This document shows, piece by piece, positions 1-9,153 of a stretch of 36,852 nucleotides of DNA; positions within the stretch are counted from its first letter, which is position 1; every line of letters starts with the position of its first letter. The translations under genes were made by a program, and so were the position numbers. The stretch covers positions 1 through 36,852 of the forward strand of contig JAAUTE010000003.1 of the NCBI GenBank assembly GCA_012031815.1. Direction: 5' to 3'. The stretch is from Chloroflexaceae bacterium. GTDB taxonomy: Bacteria > Cyanobacteriota > Cyanobacteriia > Cyanobacteriales > JAAUTE01. The notes under the pieces are model-generated. The model had not been told where the DNA came from. It ran no database searches and saw only the letters and a list, made by a program, of their open reading frames with translations.

Positions 1-1083
1 CCGGTAGTGCCGCTCAAAAATGCGCGGCTGGTCTGCGGCGGGAATGCCATACCCCGTGTCGGCAATTTCAATTCCTTGGCGCGGGCTGTCTCCCCCTTGT
101 CCCAGCGATCGCACGGCAACCAAGCCACCTCTAGGTGTATATTTCAGCGCGTTATCTAATAAATTATTCAGAATCTCTGTCAGGGCTGAGGCCGACCCTT
201 TGACCGCAGCCAGCTCTGACCCTAGCTCAATCGCCAGCCCAATCTCTCGTTCCTGGGCAATGGCCGCCGCTGTCGCCAGCAATGGTTCCAGCACCGCCGT
301 CAGAGAAATGGCTGCTAGCGGAAATGGTGCCTTACTTGAGGAGCAAGTTGCCTCTGGCAGGGCCAGGGTCGAGGTTTCTAAGGCAGTCACTGCCAAAGGT
401 TCTAGTTGTCCCTCAAAGCGCAATAACAACTCCTGTAAGCGATCGCTTTCCCGGAGCAAGCTCTCGGCGACTGGCCAATTGCGGTCTGCGGGTAAAAGTC
501 GCTTGAGTAGGAGCTTGCTGAAGGTTCGCAGGGCCGTCAGGGGATTGCGGAGCTGGTGCAATAAATCGTCAAGGCGATGGCGCTCCCGCTGCTGCTGGTG
601 CTGCTGTTCGTGTAACCGTTGTTCGTACCACAGGCGCTGGCGCTCTAATCGACGGGCAATAGCGAGCGTACGGCTAATTTCTCTAATTTGCAGCAACTCC
701 TGGCGATTCCAGCAGCGATCCTCCCGCCTCGTTACCAACAAGCCCCAAACTCCACCGCCATAGAGCAACGGCAAAACCACCTGCTGCCGCAGGGCTAGAG
801 ATGATTGAGCCGATTCCTCCCCTCGCCAGAGCGTCTCTGAGATCTGGGGCAGACTTTCCTCAATGGCTTCCAGGTGAGTCCCTGGGGGCAAGGATAAAGC
901 CGTGCTGTCTAGCCAATCGGCTGAGGGCGGGGGCGCAACAGCCACCGGAACCAGTTGGGGCTGTGCCTCACTCTGCAATTTTTCGGTGATGTAGACTGCA
1001 CTCCAGGCAGCGCCCAATCCCTGCAACAGGGCAACCTGGGACTGACACAGGTCAGCAAACTCTGGACTGACGGATAGAGACAT
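1..1083 (-). CDS. hik2: GAF-domain sensor histidine kinase Hik2 (chloroplast sensor kinase homologue), 3' end runs off the window
   Basis: Absent from the ORF track because it has no stop in the window. Manual translation from ATG 1083 (RBS-like AGGGG): MSLSVSPEFADLCQSQVALLQGLGAAWSAVY..., H-box LLHQLRNPLTALRTF, N-box NLLDNALKYT, G1 box IADTGYGIP, then RIFERHYR. Confidence 0.85.
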   Translation of the reverse strand, partial: MSLSVSPEFADLCQSQVALLQGLGAAWSAVYITEKLQSEAQPQLVPVAVAPPPSADWLDSTALSLPPGTHLEAIEESLPQISETLWRGEESAQSSLALRQQVVLPLLYGGGVWGLLVTRREDRCWNRQELLQIREISRTLAIARRLERQRLWYEQRLHEQQHQQQRERHRLDDLLHQLRNPLTALRTFSKLLLKRLLPADRNWPVAESLLRESDRLQELLLRFEGQLEPLAVTALETSTLALPEATCSSSKAPFPLAAISLTAVLEPLLATAAAIAQEREIGLAIELGSELAAVKGSASALTEILNNLLDNALKYTPRGGLVAVRSLGQGGDSPRQGIEIADTGYGIPAADQPRIFERHYR

Positions 1084-1330
1084 CGGCTGCAAACCCCTAT
1101 TTGTGGCTAGCCGCGAGGCTACTACCAGGTTTCTCTACTTTAATTCTGTCGTGGCGATCGCACTTCCCCAATCATCAGGAATATTTTTACCAAACACTAA
1201 AGAATGTGTACTTATATTAAAATCTTAATCTTTATTTTATAAACTCTCTTTGCCAGCCGGGGGCAAAAACTGGCTAAAAGGCCCAACCAGTGCCCAGAAA
1301 GACCCGTCCTACCTGGCGTCCGCTCTGGGG

Positions 1331-1358
1331 TTGATTTTTTTTGTTACGGGGATATAAT
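1331..1358 (+). promoter_or_regulatory. Putative sigma70-type promoter of the DUF3155 gene
   Basis: TTGATT (1331-1336), 16-nt spacer containing a T-run that may be 1 nt short, TATAAT (1353-1358). RBS GAGGAGG at 1401-1407. Confidence 0.55.
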
Positions 1359-1370
1359 TGCCACGACTTT

Positions 1371-1386
1371 TGTAACTATAACTACA
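1371..1386. promoter_or_regulatory. NtcA-binding site
   Basis: TGTA-ACTATAAC-TACA matches the extended TGTA-N8-TACA consensus exactly and lies just downstream of the -10 box. Confidence 0.6.
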
Positions 1387-1415
1387 GCTAGAGGCTGAAA
1401 GAGGAGGTACCTGGG

Positions 1416-1739
1416 TTGGCAAGAAAACGCAAGCGCAAGAGCCGCCGCCGTCAGGAGGGCCGTAAAATTCTCGAACTCGTCCCTCAGTATAATATCGAAA
1501 GTGGCGATCAAAAACCGGTAACTGCCGCGCGAAACTATATTTCCTCTTCCGGGATTGCTCCCCCAGCACTGCTGGTTGTCCGACGGAACGAGCACACTAC
1601 CGATCGCTATTTCTGGGCTGAAAAAGGCTTATTTGGAGCCCAGTATGTTGAAGAAAATCATTTCCTCTTCCCCAGTTTGCGATCGCTGATCCCCGAAGGA
1701 ATTTCTGAGAAAACGCCTGCCGTTGCAGCCAGTCGCTAA
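1416..1739 (+). CDS. DUF3155 family conserved cyanobacterial protein
   Basis: MARKRKRKSRRRQEGRKILE...HTTDRYFWAEKGLFGAQYVEENHFLFPSL; TTG start after a strong RBS. Confidence 0.8.
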   Translation: MARKRKRKSRRRQEGRKILELVPQYNIESGDQKPVTAARNYISSSGIAPPALLVVRRNEHTTDRYFWAEKGLFGAQYVEENHFLFPSLRSLIPEGISEKTPAVAASR

Positions 1740-1760
1740 ATGACTTAGTGGCAAAATTCT

Positions 1761-1789
1761 AAACTCCGCTTAGGTTTTAAGCGGAGTTT
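1761..1789. terminator. Hairpin between convergent genes, probable bidirectional terminator
   Basis: Perfect 12-bp stem AAACTCCGCTTA/TAAGCGGAGTTT with a 5-nt loop. Confidence 0.7.
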
Positions 1790-1847
1790 GGTGTTAAAAG
1801 CGGATATAGCTTGTCCTTCAGGCTATTACCAACAAACCAGGTCGAGG

Positions 1848-2240
1848 CTAGGATTTTCGCGCCGACGAGTGACGGGGACGGCGCTGGCGATCGCCTTCTG
1901 GCCGAGGGTCTTCACTGGAACGCTCGCGGCCGCCTAATTCCCGCTCTACATTGCCGTAGACATCCAAATAAATTGATTGCCCTGCCAAAGTAGCCGCCGC
2001 CTGTAGGACAATACGAATGGCTTGAATATTGCGGCCGCCGCGGCCATAAACCCGTCCTTTGTCATCACTTTCAAAGGCAAGACGCAGCCAAATCCGCTGT
2101 TGGTTTTTGAGCGGTTCGCAATCAAGACGCAAAGACTGGTGCGACTCCAAAAAAGGCTCGATTAGAAAGCGAACGAGTTGCAGATAATCAGGGCTGACCA
2201 TTAAATTTGACTGAGCAACAATCACTGGCTTAGGGTGCAT
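1848..2240 (-). CDS. khpA: KH-domain RNA-binding protein (KhpA family)
   Basis: [17 protein letters not shown] carries the KH GxxG motif; directly downstream of and overlapping rpsP; start taken at MHPKP (2240). Confidence 0.85.
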   Translation of the reverse strand: MHPKPVIVAQSNLMVSPDYLQLVRFLIEPFLESHQSLRLDCEPLKNQQRIWLRLAFESDDKGRVYGRGGRNIQAIRIVLQAAATLAGQSIYLDVYGNVERELGGRERSSEDPRPEGDRQRRPRHSSARKS

Positions 2241-2481
2241 TGACTTGTTCAAATACTTGCGCTTTCCGTAAAATGCTGCGAACAGTTTCCGTCGGCATGG
2301 CTCCTTGCTTGAGCCGCTGGACAATAGCCGGAACGTTCAGGCGAGTTTCGTTGGTGCGGGGATTGTAGTAACCTAATTCCTCCAGGGGACGACCATCGCG
2401 ACGACTCGTATCGTGTATGGCAATAATTCGGTAACTAACCTCTCGTTTTTTGCCAAATCGTTTTAGACGCAGTTTAACCAT
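2230..2481 (-). CDS. rpsP: 30S ribosomal protein S16
   Basis: [20 protein letters not shown]...[15 protein letters not shown]...[12 protein letters not shown]. Confidence 0.98.
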   Translation of the reverse strand: MVKLRLKRFGKKREVSYRIIAIHDTSRRDGRPLEELGYYNPRTNETRLNVPAIVQRLKQGAMPTETVRSILRKAQVFEQVNAP

Positions 2482-2957
2482 GATTAACCTTACAGTCTCC
2501 TTAATCTAAATTCTATAACGGGTTTGGGCGGATAATTTTCAAGCAACAAACCAAACATTATCCTATATTTTCGTGACTTTGGCAAGGTCATTGAGAGGAG
2601 TAGGGGGAAAGATTTCCCGGACGCTGGCCCTGGCTAGCTCAGCGCTGACTCCTTGCGGATACTGAATGGCAAAATTTCGTAAAAAAACGGGAAATCGGGT
2701 TGCGACCACGGCTTTTTTAGGGTTTGGCCGTTGCTGGCTCCGATTTCGAGAGTTCTTGCCCCTCAAATTGCCACTTTTTGGGGAGTTTTTGCGGCAAATT
2801 GCGCTTACTGGGGAAAATCTCTACCGCTCGCCTACTAGCCCTTGGTGTTTAGCTTGGTCGGTAAGCTTGTCTATTTTTTGGATCGGGCTATCTTCTGATT
2901 TGATTTTGTATTGATTGTTGGGCCCGTTTGGCGGCAGCGATCGCTAGCTCGCGACTG

Positions 2958-3340
2958 CTAGGGGTTGAGATTAGGAGCAGGCTTTGATTCATCGGCGATC
3001 GGTTCTTCCCCCTGAAGCTGTCGCATAAATTTTTGGGTTTCGTAAGGCAACGGCTCATCCAGGTTGAGCTTCTCCTTAATGGTGTTGATGGCTTCTCCCA
3101 GGGAAGTTTTGGCGGATTCTGCCCTAGATTCTACCCTGTCTTCAATCGCTTCAGAGGTTAGCGGTACTTCCGTCGAAACCCGGTCGATTTGGTAGGATTT
3201 TGCATCCGGGGTTAAGGTGTCAGCCCCAGCCTGTCCCGCCTGGTAAGCACCCTGTCCAAAGCCAAAAATAACCGCAAGCAGTGCCGGAATAACGAGATAC
3301 TTTCCCAAAAAGCAGTCCAACTAAAAGCAGTTGTTTTCAT
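2958..3340 (-). CDS. Hypothetical exported or membrane-anchored protein, 1-bp frameshift near the 5' end
   Basis: ATG at 3340 is one base out of frame with ORF 2958-3320 (T-run near 3308). Hydrophobic signal-like N-terminus followed by a hydrophilic helical region with IKEKLNLDEPLP. Confidence 0.6.
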
Positions 3341-3665
3341 GGAATTCCACAGATAATTTTTAGTAATTATTCTAGAAATCAGGGGACAGAAAAACGTCCC
3401 TCAGAAGAGATATACGATTTTTTCCTGATGAATCGAGGAAGTAAAACCACAAACCCTCAATAACTTTTCAAGGTGATCGATCTCAATACTCACGACAAAA
3501 AAAATTAGCAATTTTCATTCCTTACTGTCACCAATCTATAGTCAAAAATTCATTCTACAATTGGATAGAAACATAGCTATATCTAGAGAAAGATGTTTTT
3601 ACCTGATTGTATTTGTTTTTCTAAAAAGTATAGTACGGCTCCAGCTCAAAGGAGACAAAAAAATC

Positions 3666-3947
3666 ATGACTTTTCAATCAATAGATAATTTACCGTCAGA
3701 CGTTAAAGAGCAATTGCCCATTGGCGCTCAACAGGTTTTCCTCGCGGCTTTTAACAGTGCCACTTCCGATGGACTGAGCGAGAACAAAGCCATGCAGGTC
3801 GCTTGGAGTTCCGTTAAAAACCTCTACAAGCCAGATGCTAACGGGGAATGGCAGCCCGATCCCCAAAGAGCAGCCGCTGAGCAAACCGACATGGGCAGTC
3901 ATGAAGGAGCGAGACGCAACCCTTTGGGAAGTGTGCCTGCTGCCTAG
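3666..3947 (+). CDS. ChaB family protein
   Basis: SIDNLPSDVKEQLPIGAQQVFLAAFNSA...AMQVAWSSVKNLY...GEW fits the ChaB pattern; GGAG RBS before ATG 3666. Confidence 0.85.
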   Translation: MTFQSIDNLPSDVKEQLPIGAQQVFLAAFNSATSDGLSENKAMQVAWSSVKNLYKPDANGEWQPDPQRAAAEQTDMGSHEGARRNPLGSVPAA

Positions 3948-4200
3948 CATTGGCGCTACACCGGTAAAATTTTCCCAACATCCTCCCAACGCGCTTAAGC
4001 CTTGCCAGTAACGGTTAAATTGCTAAATCTTCTCGCATGGTTGAATTTTTTTGACATATACCCTTATCCTTGATGTATAGATAAACACATGCGGGCGAGC
4101 GCTGGCAGTTTGCCAAAGTTGCAGCTTTAAGCGCGTTCATGGGGTGTGGACGGGTAAAACAGCCAAGCGTGGAAATGGGCCCTAAGCTGAATGGGGTGGT

Positions 4201-4584
4201 ATGTCGAGACGAAAGAAAAAGTTTTCTTGCGGTCACAAGGGATACGGGCAAGAATGTCACAAATGCGCCCAGGCAGCCGCTGAGAAGGAAAACAAACAGC
4301 AGCAAAAACACCAGTGGGAAGCCGCCTTTGCCCACGATCCTATTGATTTGACTGCCCTCCCCAAAAATGTCGTCCTCAAAGCACGCCACATACTTCGGGG
4401 GCTTCAAGACCGTCAAGATTATCGAGAATTTCGGGGGAAGCGCCTGCGTCATAATCGTTTTGTAATCAGCATTCCCGTAACCCGTAACTATCGCCTTCTC
4501 TGCCGCGATCGCGGTAATTTTCTCATTCCAGAGGCGGTTATCTCCCACGAAGACTATAACGTCTGCAAGCCTGGAGACAGCTAG
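4201..4584 (+). CDS. Hypothetical protein with N-terminal Zn-binding motif and RelE/ParE/HigB-like C-terminal domain
   Basis: CGH-x6-CHKC, charged linker, then GKRL...ISIPVTRNYRLL...VISHEDYN. The fold call is by eye. Confidence 0.6.
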   Translation: MSRRKKKFSCGHKGYGQECHKCAQAAAEKENKQQQKHQWEAAFAHDPIDLTALPKNVVLKARHILRGLQDRQDYREFRGKRLRHNRFVISIPVTRNYRLLCRDRGNFLIPEAVISHEDYNVCKPGDS

Positions 4585-4643
4585 GGTTTCGACGGTCAAA
4601 AATGTTAGCCTAATAGCGACACGGCTTATTTTTTGCTTCCGGC

Positions 4644-5847
4644 ATGCAAATTTATCTCGACCACAGCGCTACCACTCCGCCCCGACCGGAAGTTATTGCC
4701 AAAATGCAGGCTGTTATGGCTGAAGCTTGGGGCAACCCGTCTAGCTTGCATGTTTGGGGGCAGCGCTCAGCGATGGCGATCGAGGTAGCTAGATTACAGG
4801 TTGCTCAGTTAATTAATGCACCTCATCCAGAATCCATTATTTTTACCGCTGGCGGCACAGAAGCCGATAATCTAGCCCTGCTGGGCATTGCCCGTCAGTA
4901 CGAAACGCCTCAACATTTAGTTATTTCCAGCGTCGAACATGCGGCGATCGCAGAACCAGTCCGTCAATTGGAGCAGCAAGGCTGGCAGGTTACTAGGTTA
5001 CTTGTTAACAGCCAAGGACGCCTCAATCCCATCGATTTAGTGGCTGCCCTTCAAAGCAATACGGTTTTAGTTTCGATAATCTATGGTCAAAGCGAAGTGG
5101 GCACGCTCCAGCCCCTGGCCGAGCTGGCTCATATCGCTAAAGCCCATCGAGTTTTGGTTCACACCGATGCGGTGCAGGTCGCGGGCCGCTTACCCATTGA
5201 CGTGGAGCAATTGCCGGTGGATTTACTGTCTTGTCGGCCCACAAACTCTACGGGCCCCAAGGAAGCGGCGCACTGTACGTCCGGGAAGGGCTGGAGCTGA
5301 TGCCGCTCTTGGGGGCGGCGGTCAGGAACGGGGTTGGCGTTCTGGCACGCCAGCTCTCCCGGCGATCGCGGGGTTTGGCGTAGCCGCAGCCCTGGCCGCA
5401 GCCGAGCTGGAGGAGCAGAGAGCGCACGTACAAACCCTGAGAGAGCTGCTATTTGAGCAATTATCCGACTGTCCTTACCTGCAACCCACGGGTGATCGCC
5501 TACGCCGTTTGCCGCACCACGCCAGTTTTGTCATTGCAGACCCCCCAGGAGAACTAGCTACCCTGGTGACGGGCAGAACGCTGGTACGAGAGCTAAATCT
5601 GGCAGGGATTGCCATTAGTGCTGGGTCAGCATGTCACAGTGGTAAACTGAGTCCGAGTCCAATTCTGCTAGCAATGGGCTATTCCCCCACGGCAGCCCTG
5701 GGAGGCATTCGCTTGACGCTGGGGCGAGACACGACTCAAGCAGACATTGAGTGGACGGCGATGGCGCTCAAGCAAATCCTTCAGCGTCTCCTAGAACCCT
5801 CCTCTCCTTCGGTTTACTATCGACTACCTGTGATTGCTAAGCGATGA
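4644..5847 (+). CDS. Cysteine desulfurase (IscS/NifS group I), two apparent 1-bp deletions (~5230, ~5312)
   Basis: IYLDHSATT, GNPSS, HTDAVQ; SAHKLYGPQG (PLP lysine) readable in the intermediate frame; GGGQERG; SAGSACHS with the catalytic Cys. Confidence 0.92.
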
Positions 5848-6578
5848 CCCCCGTTCCCGACACCCTCGAAACCGCGATCGCCCAGGCTAAAGTGGCAACT
5901 CAAGCGGCCCTGGCCGCGGGCTGCGATCGCCTGCAAGTGGAGTTACTCCTGCCCGAAATCACCCTGCAAGCTCAAGTCCTGGCCAGGGAGTTTGCGGAGA
6001 TCTTTGCAGACTACGGTTCGGGATTAAAAATTCTCTTCACCGATGCCGGGGCTGCCGCGCTGGCCCGTCGGGATTGGGGAGAGGTTCCCTTTCAAATTAG
6101 CGATCTGGGCAGTCCACGAATGCCCGTGACCAACAAAATTAACGAGCAAGACCGAGCCTTTTTGTTAGTTTCTCCCACGGCGGTTGAGGTGGAGCAGGTA
6201 GAAAAGCTCTGTAATTTGGCGGGAGAGCGCCCGGTGCTGTTGTTGATTCCCCAGCTAGAAAATGTGGCAATTGTGGGGGTCGGCTTGGCCGCACGGCAAC
6301 TGCGGGAGCGCTTTATTAACACCCTAGATTCCTGCTATTATTTCCGTCCGCTGGAAGGGGCTGCGGTATTACGAGCCTATCCCTCACCCTGGCAGGTTTG
6401 GCTGGAAAGGGAAAGCGGCTACGAATTAATTGCCCAGGAGCCGCAAAAACCCCTGGGAGACAAGTTAGAATTGCTCATTTCCGGCGCTAGTCAGGCAGAA
6501 GCTTCTCAGGGAACAGCTCCCCGCAAAAAAGGGCTTTTATCCGGTTTGCAGCAATTTTTGCGGGCTTTAAGCCAATAG
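5844..6578 (+). CDS. DUF1995 family protein
   Basis: PDTLETAIAQAK...FTDAGAAALARRDWG...LRAYPSPWQVW; ATGA overlap with the upstream gene. Confidence 0.8.
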   Translation: MTPVPDTLETAIAQAKVATQAALAAGCDRLQVELLLPEITLQAQVLAREFAEIFADYGSGLKILFTDAGAAALARRDWGEVPFQISDLGSPRMPVTNKINEQDRAFLLVSPTAVEVEQVEKLCNLAGERPVLLLIPQLENVAIVGVGLAARQLRERFINTLDSCYYFRPLEGAAVLRAYPSPWQVWLERESGYELIAQEPQKPLGDKLELLISGASQAEASQGTAPRKKGLLSGLQQFLRALSQ

Positions 6579-6643
6579 AATTGGAATCTATCTCAGTCAT
6601 CACACAGCCTAACCCTTGGGCGATCGCCAACCCAAAAGTATTG

Positions 6644-7883
6644 CTAAGGCTGGCGAAATAAGGCAAAAGCTGACGTATAGCCGTGTAAAAAGGTCTGTCC
6701 GCCCACGGGGCCAATCTCCCCGTTGCAGAAAAAGCCTCCTAGGGAAACGTTGTCATAAAAGCGGCGAAACAGCTCGGAATCGAAATTGGGCCGCCCATAC
6801 AGCCCCTGACCGCGCCCCAAACAAGAAAACATTAAGGCTCCACTCCCCGCTGGTAGCGCTCCCTGCCCTTGCTGGTGGCTGGTCAGTAAATCTTCCAAGT
6901 CTTCCGCTGAGGTACGGGCATCTCGCAAATGAAACTGCACCCGCTGGCCCGCCCGAATGCGATCGCCCACGGCAATGGCCCCCAGGCGCGGATCGACGCC
7001 GATGAGATTGCGGATGAGAAAATCCCCCCGTCCCAGGCGGGGCTGAAATTCATCGCGGGCAATGCCCATAAACAGCGAATGCTGGGCTAATTCCCGGTCT
7101 CGCTCCTCCAGGGTTTCAATAATATCCCGCAGCAACTCCAGGGGCGGGCGGGAAGTCTCGCCATCGCTCAACTCCACCAAAATGTTGCGATCGCCTTTAC
7201 TGACTTGATAGACCGAGCCGATGGGACGGCAACCTTGAGCCACAATGGTTTCGACAATAATCTTGCCACTAATGGCGACACCGACGGTTCCCTCTCGGTA
7301 GAGAGCGGGCGCTGGCTGTTCCGGGGAATAGCAAAACAGTCCACTTTGTAGCCCCATTGTGCTAGAGCTGGCCAGTCCGCCGATTTTGACTGCCCCTGGA
7401 TAAGCAAAATCTAGTCCAGCTAATAAATCGGTTATCCGTGCCGAAAAAGGGTCGCTCAGCAGGATAAACTGCGGATTTTTATCTGGTTCAATCCCCAGCA
7501 GTTGCGTCCAGGCCCCCGGCGGACTGTCCAAATCCGGCAGTACCTCGGCTTCTAGATGAAACACTTGAAACTCTACCTCCGGCAGGCAAGCTACGCTCAA
7601 ACTCACTGCCACGCCCCCTTCCACTTCCACAACCTGCTCCCCTGACTTCATGCCAATCACGCCGCCCCCGCCGCAACCAATCAATCCCTTCAAAGGCAAG
7701 CGCTCTAATAACAGGGGAACCACACGGGGATATTCGCTGGCATAAGCCGAAGAAACAAACAAAACCCCCCAAATCTGGAGGTTGGGTTAGAGTTTGCTGA
7801 ACCGCTGTCACCACTTCAGCGATCGCCGCTTCCAGGGAGGGGCGCACAGAAAGGGTGTTGATCCACTGCATTCGATCCGTCAT
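6644..7883 (-). CDS. FIST (FIST_N + FIST_C) signal-transduction protein, frameshift at ~7765
   Basis: MTDRMQWINTLS (7883) joins FVSSAYASEY; IGCGGGGVIG, KIGGLAS, VAQGCRPIG, FSCLGRG, GFFCNGEIGP. Confidence 0.88.
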
Positions 7884-8128
7884 AGACCTACTTCATCGCG
7901 GCGAGAGGACTGGGGCTACTGTTGCCGCCCGCAGGTAACCCCCAGGCAGAACTTGCTTAAATCTTAAGAGATTAAGCACAATGAAGCGATAAAATCCTGC
8001 GTTAAGTTATAACTCGAAAGAACTATTGCGGCGATCGCGATAGGTTTTCCGACTCGATTGTGCCCCAAAATCGCTAGCATTGTAACTGATAGCGAGTCAT
8101 TTAAGAAGTCGTTAGAACAAGAGGACTA

Positions 8129-8355
8129 ATGAGCAACATTCACGAAGACAAATCCAAAAAGAAAAAGCCGAAGCTAGAGAGGTTTGTAGCCTTGAAGGCG
8201 CTAATTCCGGCGAGTGCGCCGCTGCGTGGGATGTGGTAGAGGAACTCCAGGCAGAAGCCGCTCACCAACGTGCTGCCTATCCTGAGAAAAATTCTCTAGA
8301 GCGTTACTGCGACGAGAACCCCGACGCGGATGAATGCCGCCTTTACGACGAATAA
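8129..8355 (+). CDS. cp12: Calvin-cycle regulatory protein CP12, 1-bp deletion at ~8151-8153
   Basis: Corrected translation MSNIHEDKIQKEKAEAREVCSLEGANSGECAAAWDVVEELQAEAAHQR...LERYCDENPDADECRLYDE has the AWD_VEEL core and both Cys pairs; RBS GAGG. Confidence 0.93.
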
Positions 8356-8407
8356 CGGTTTTTCTGTCCTATTTCAGGGATTGCACAGACAATCCTTCCG
8401 TTAACTC

Positions 8408-8450
8408 AGCAGGGGCCTTCTTCTAGGGGAGAAAGCCCCTGCTATTTTTT
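8408..8450 (+). terminator. Rho-independent terminator of cp12
   Basis: AGCAGGGG...CCCCTGCT stem followed by ATTTTTT. Confidence 0.8.
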
Positions 8451-8546
8451 GGGCTGGGGTGGTCTGTCACGCCAGGTTCTCACTTGTGGTTAAGATAGAT
8501 TGAATCTAAATAATCTGGATATTGCCGCTCGGACAGCATAAGAGTA

Positions 8547-9137
8547 ATGGAAAATTGGTTGCGCTCTTTGGTTTGGATGGATTATCGGCTGGCCCTGCTG
8601 CTGACGGTCATTGTACCGCTCGCTTTGCTCGTGTGGGCGTTTGTTAAGAAGGCAGAAGCTATACAGCGCTTGCTCGTAATCTATTGGCGCGTTGCCAGCT
8701 TATTAATGATTGTGGTCTATTTAATGATTTTTAGCTGGCCCTATAGTTTTATTCTGTCGTTTTGTGCCCGCATTTTGATCCCAGTTTCTTTGTGGTTTTG
8801 GGTGGACATTAACGAAGAGATCCGCGAGCAGCGCCGCACTCGTTTGCGCCTGGCCTTTAGCAGTTGGCGCTGGGCCGCGACCCTCTATTCGCTGCTGGGG
8901 GCGATCGCCCTGGTGCCGTTTTTCTCCTGTGCTTTCACGGCCGGAGCCATTGATACGCCCTATTGTCGGGTTTGGTTGGAAGCGCCGCTGCTCTATAAGC
9001 AACTGATTCATCCCAACGCCACGCCGGGCTTTTTGGGATTTTTGGGGTTTACAGGCTTGTTTTTCTACGGATTGTTCCTGCTTTATTTCCTGGTGTTCCG
9101 CCTCGGCAAGCAGGGCCGAACCGCACTAGAACCCTAG
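8547..9137 (+). CDS. DUF3177 family membrane protein
   Basis: VWMDYRLALLLTVIVPL...IYWRVASLL...SLWFWVDINEEI...RLGKQGR; several hydrophobic segments. Confidence 0.8.
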   Translation: MENWLRSLVWMDYRLALLLTVIVPLALLVWAFVKKAEAIQRLLVIYWRVASLLMIVVYLMIFSWPYSFILSFCARILIPVSLWFWVDINEEIREQRRTRLRLAFSSWRWAATLYSLLGAIALVPFFSCAFTAGAIDTPYCRVWLEAPLLYKQLIHPNATPGFLGFLGFTGLFFYGLFLLYFLVFRLGKQGRTALEP

Positions 9138-9153
9138 GGTTGGCAAGCCACTG

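Noticed and set aside
20-763. 247-aa plus-strand ORF
   Set aside because: Antisense shadow of hik2, which has clear kinase motifs on the minus strand.
2563-2914. Short ORFs upstream of rpsP
   Set aside because: No RBS or recognisable motifs; likely promoter or intergenic DNA.
4015-4599. 194-aa minus-strand ORF
   Set aside because: Antisense to the motif-bearing 4201-4584 gene; its hydrophobic stretch mirrors that gene's Lys/Gln/Glu codons.
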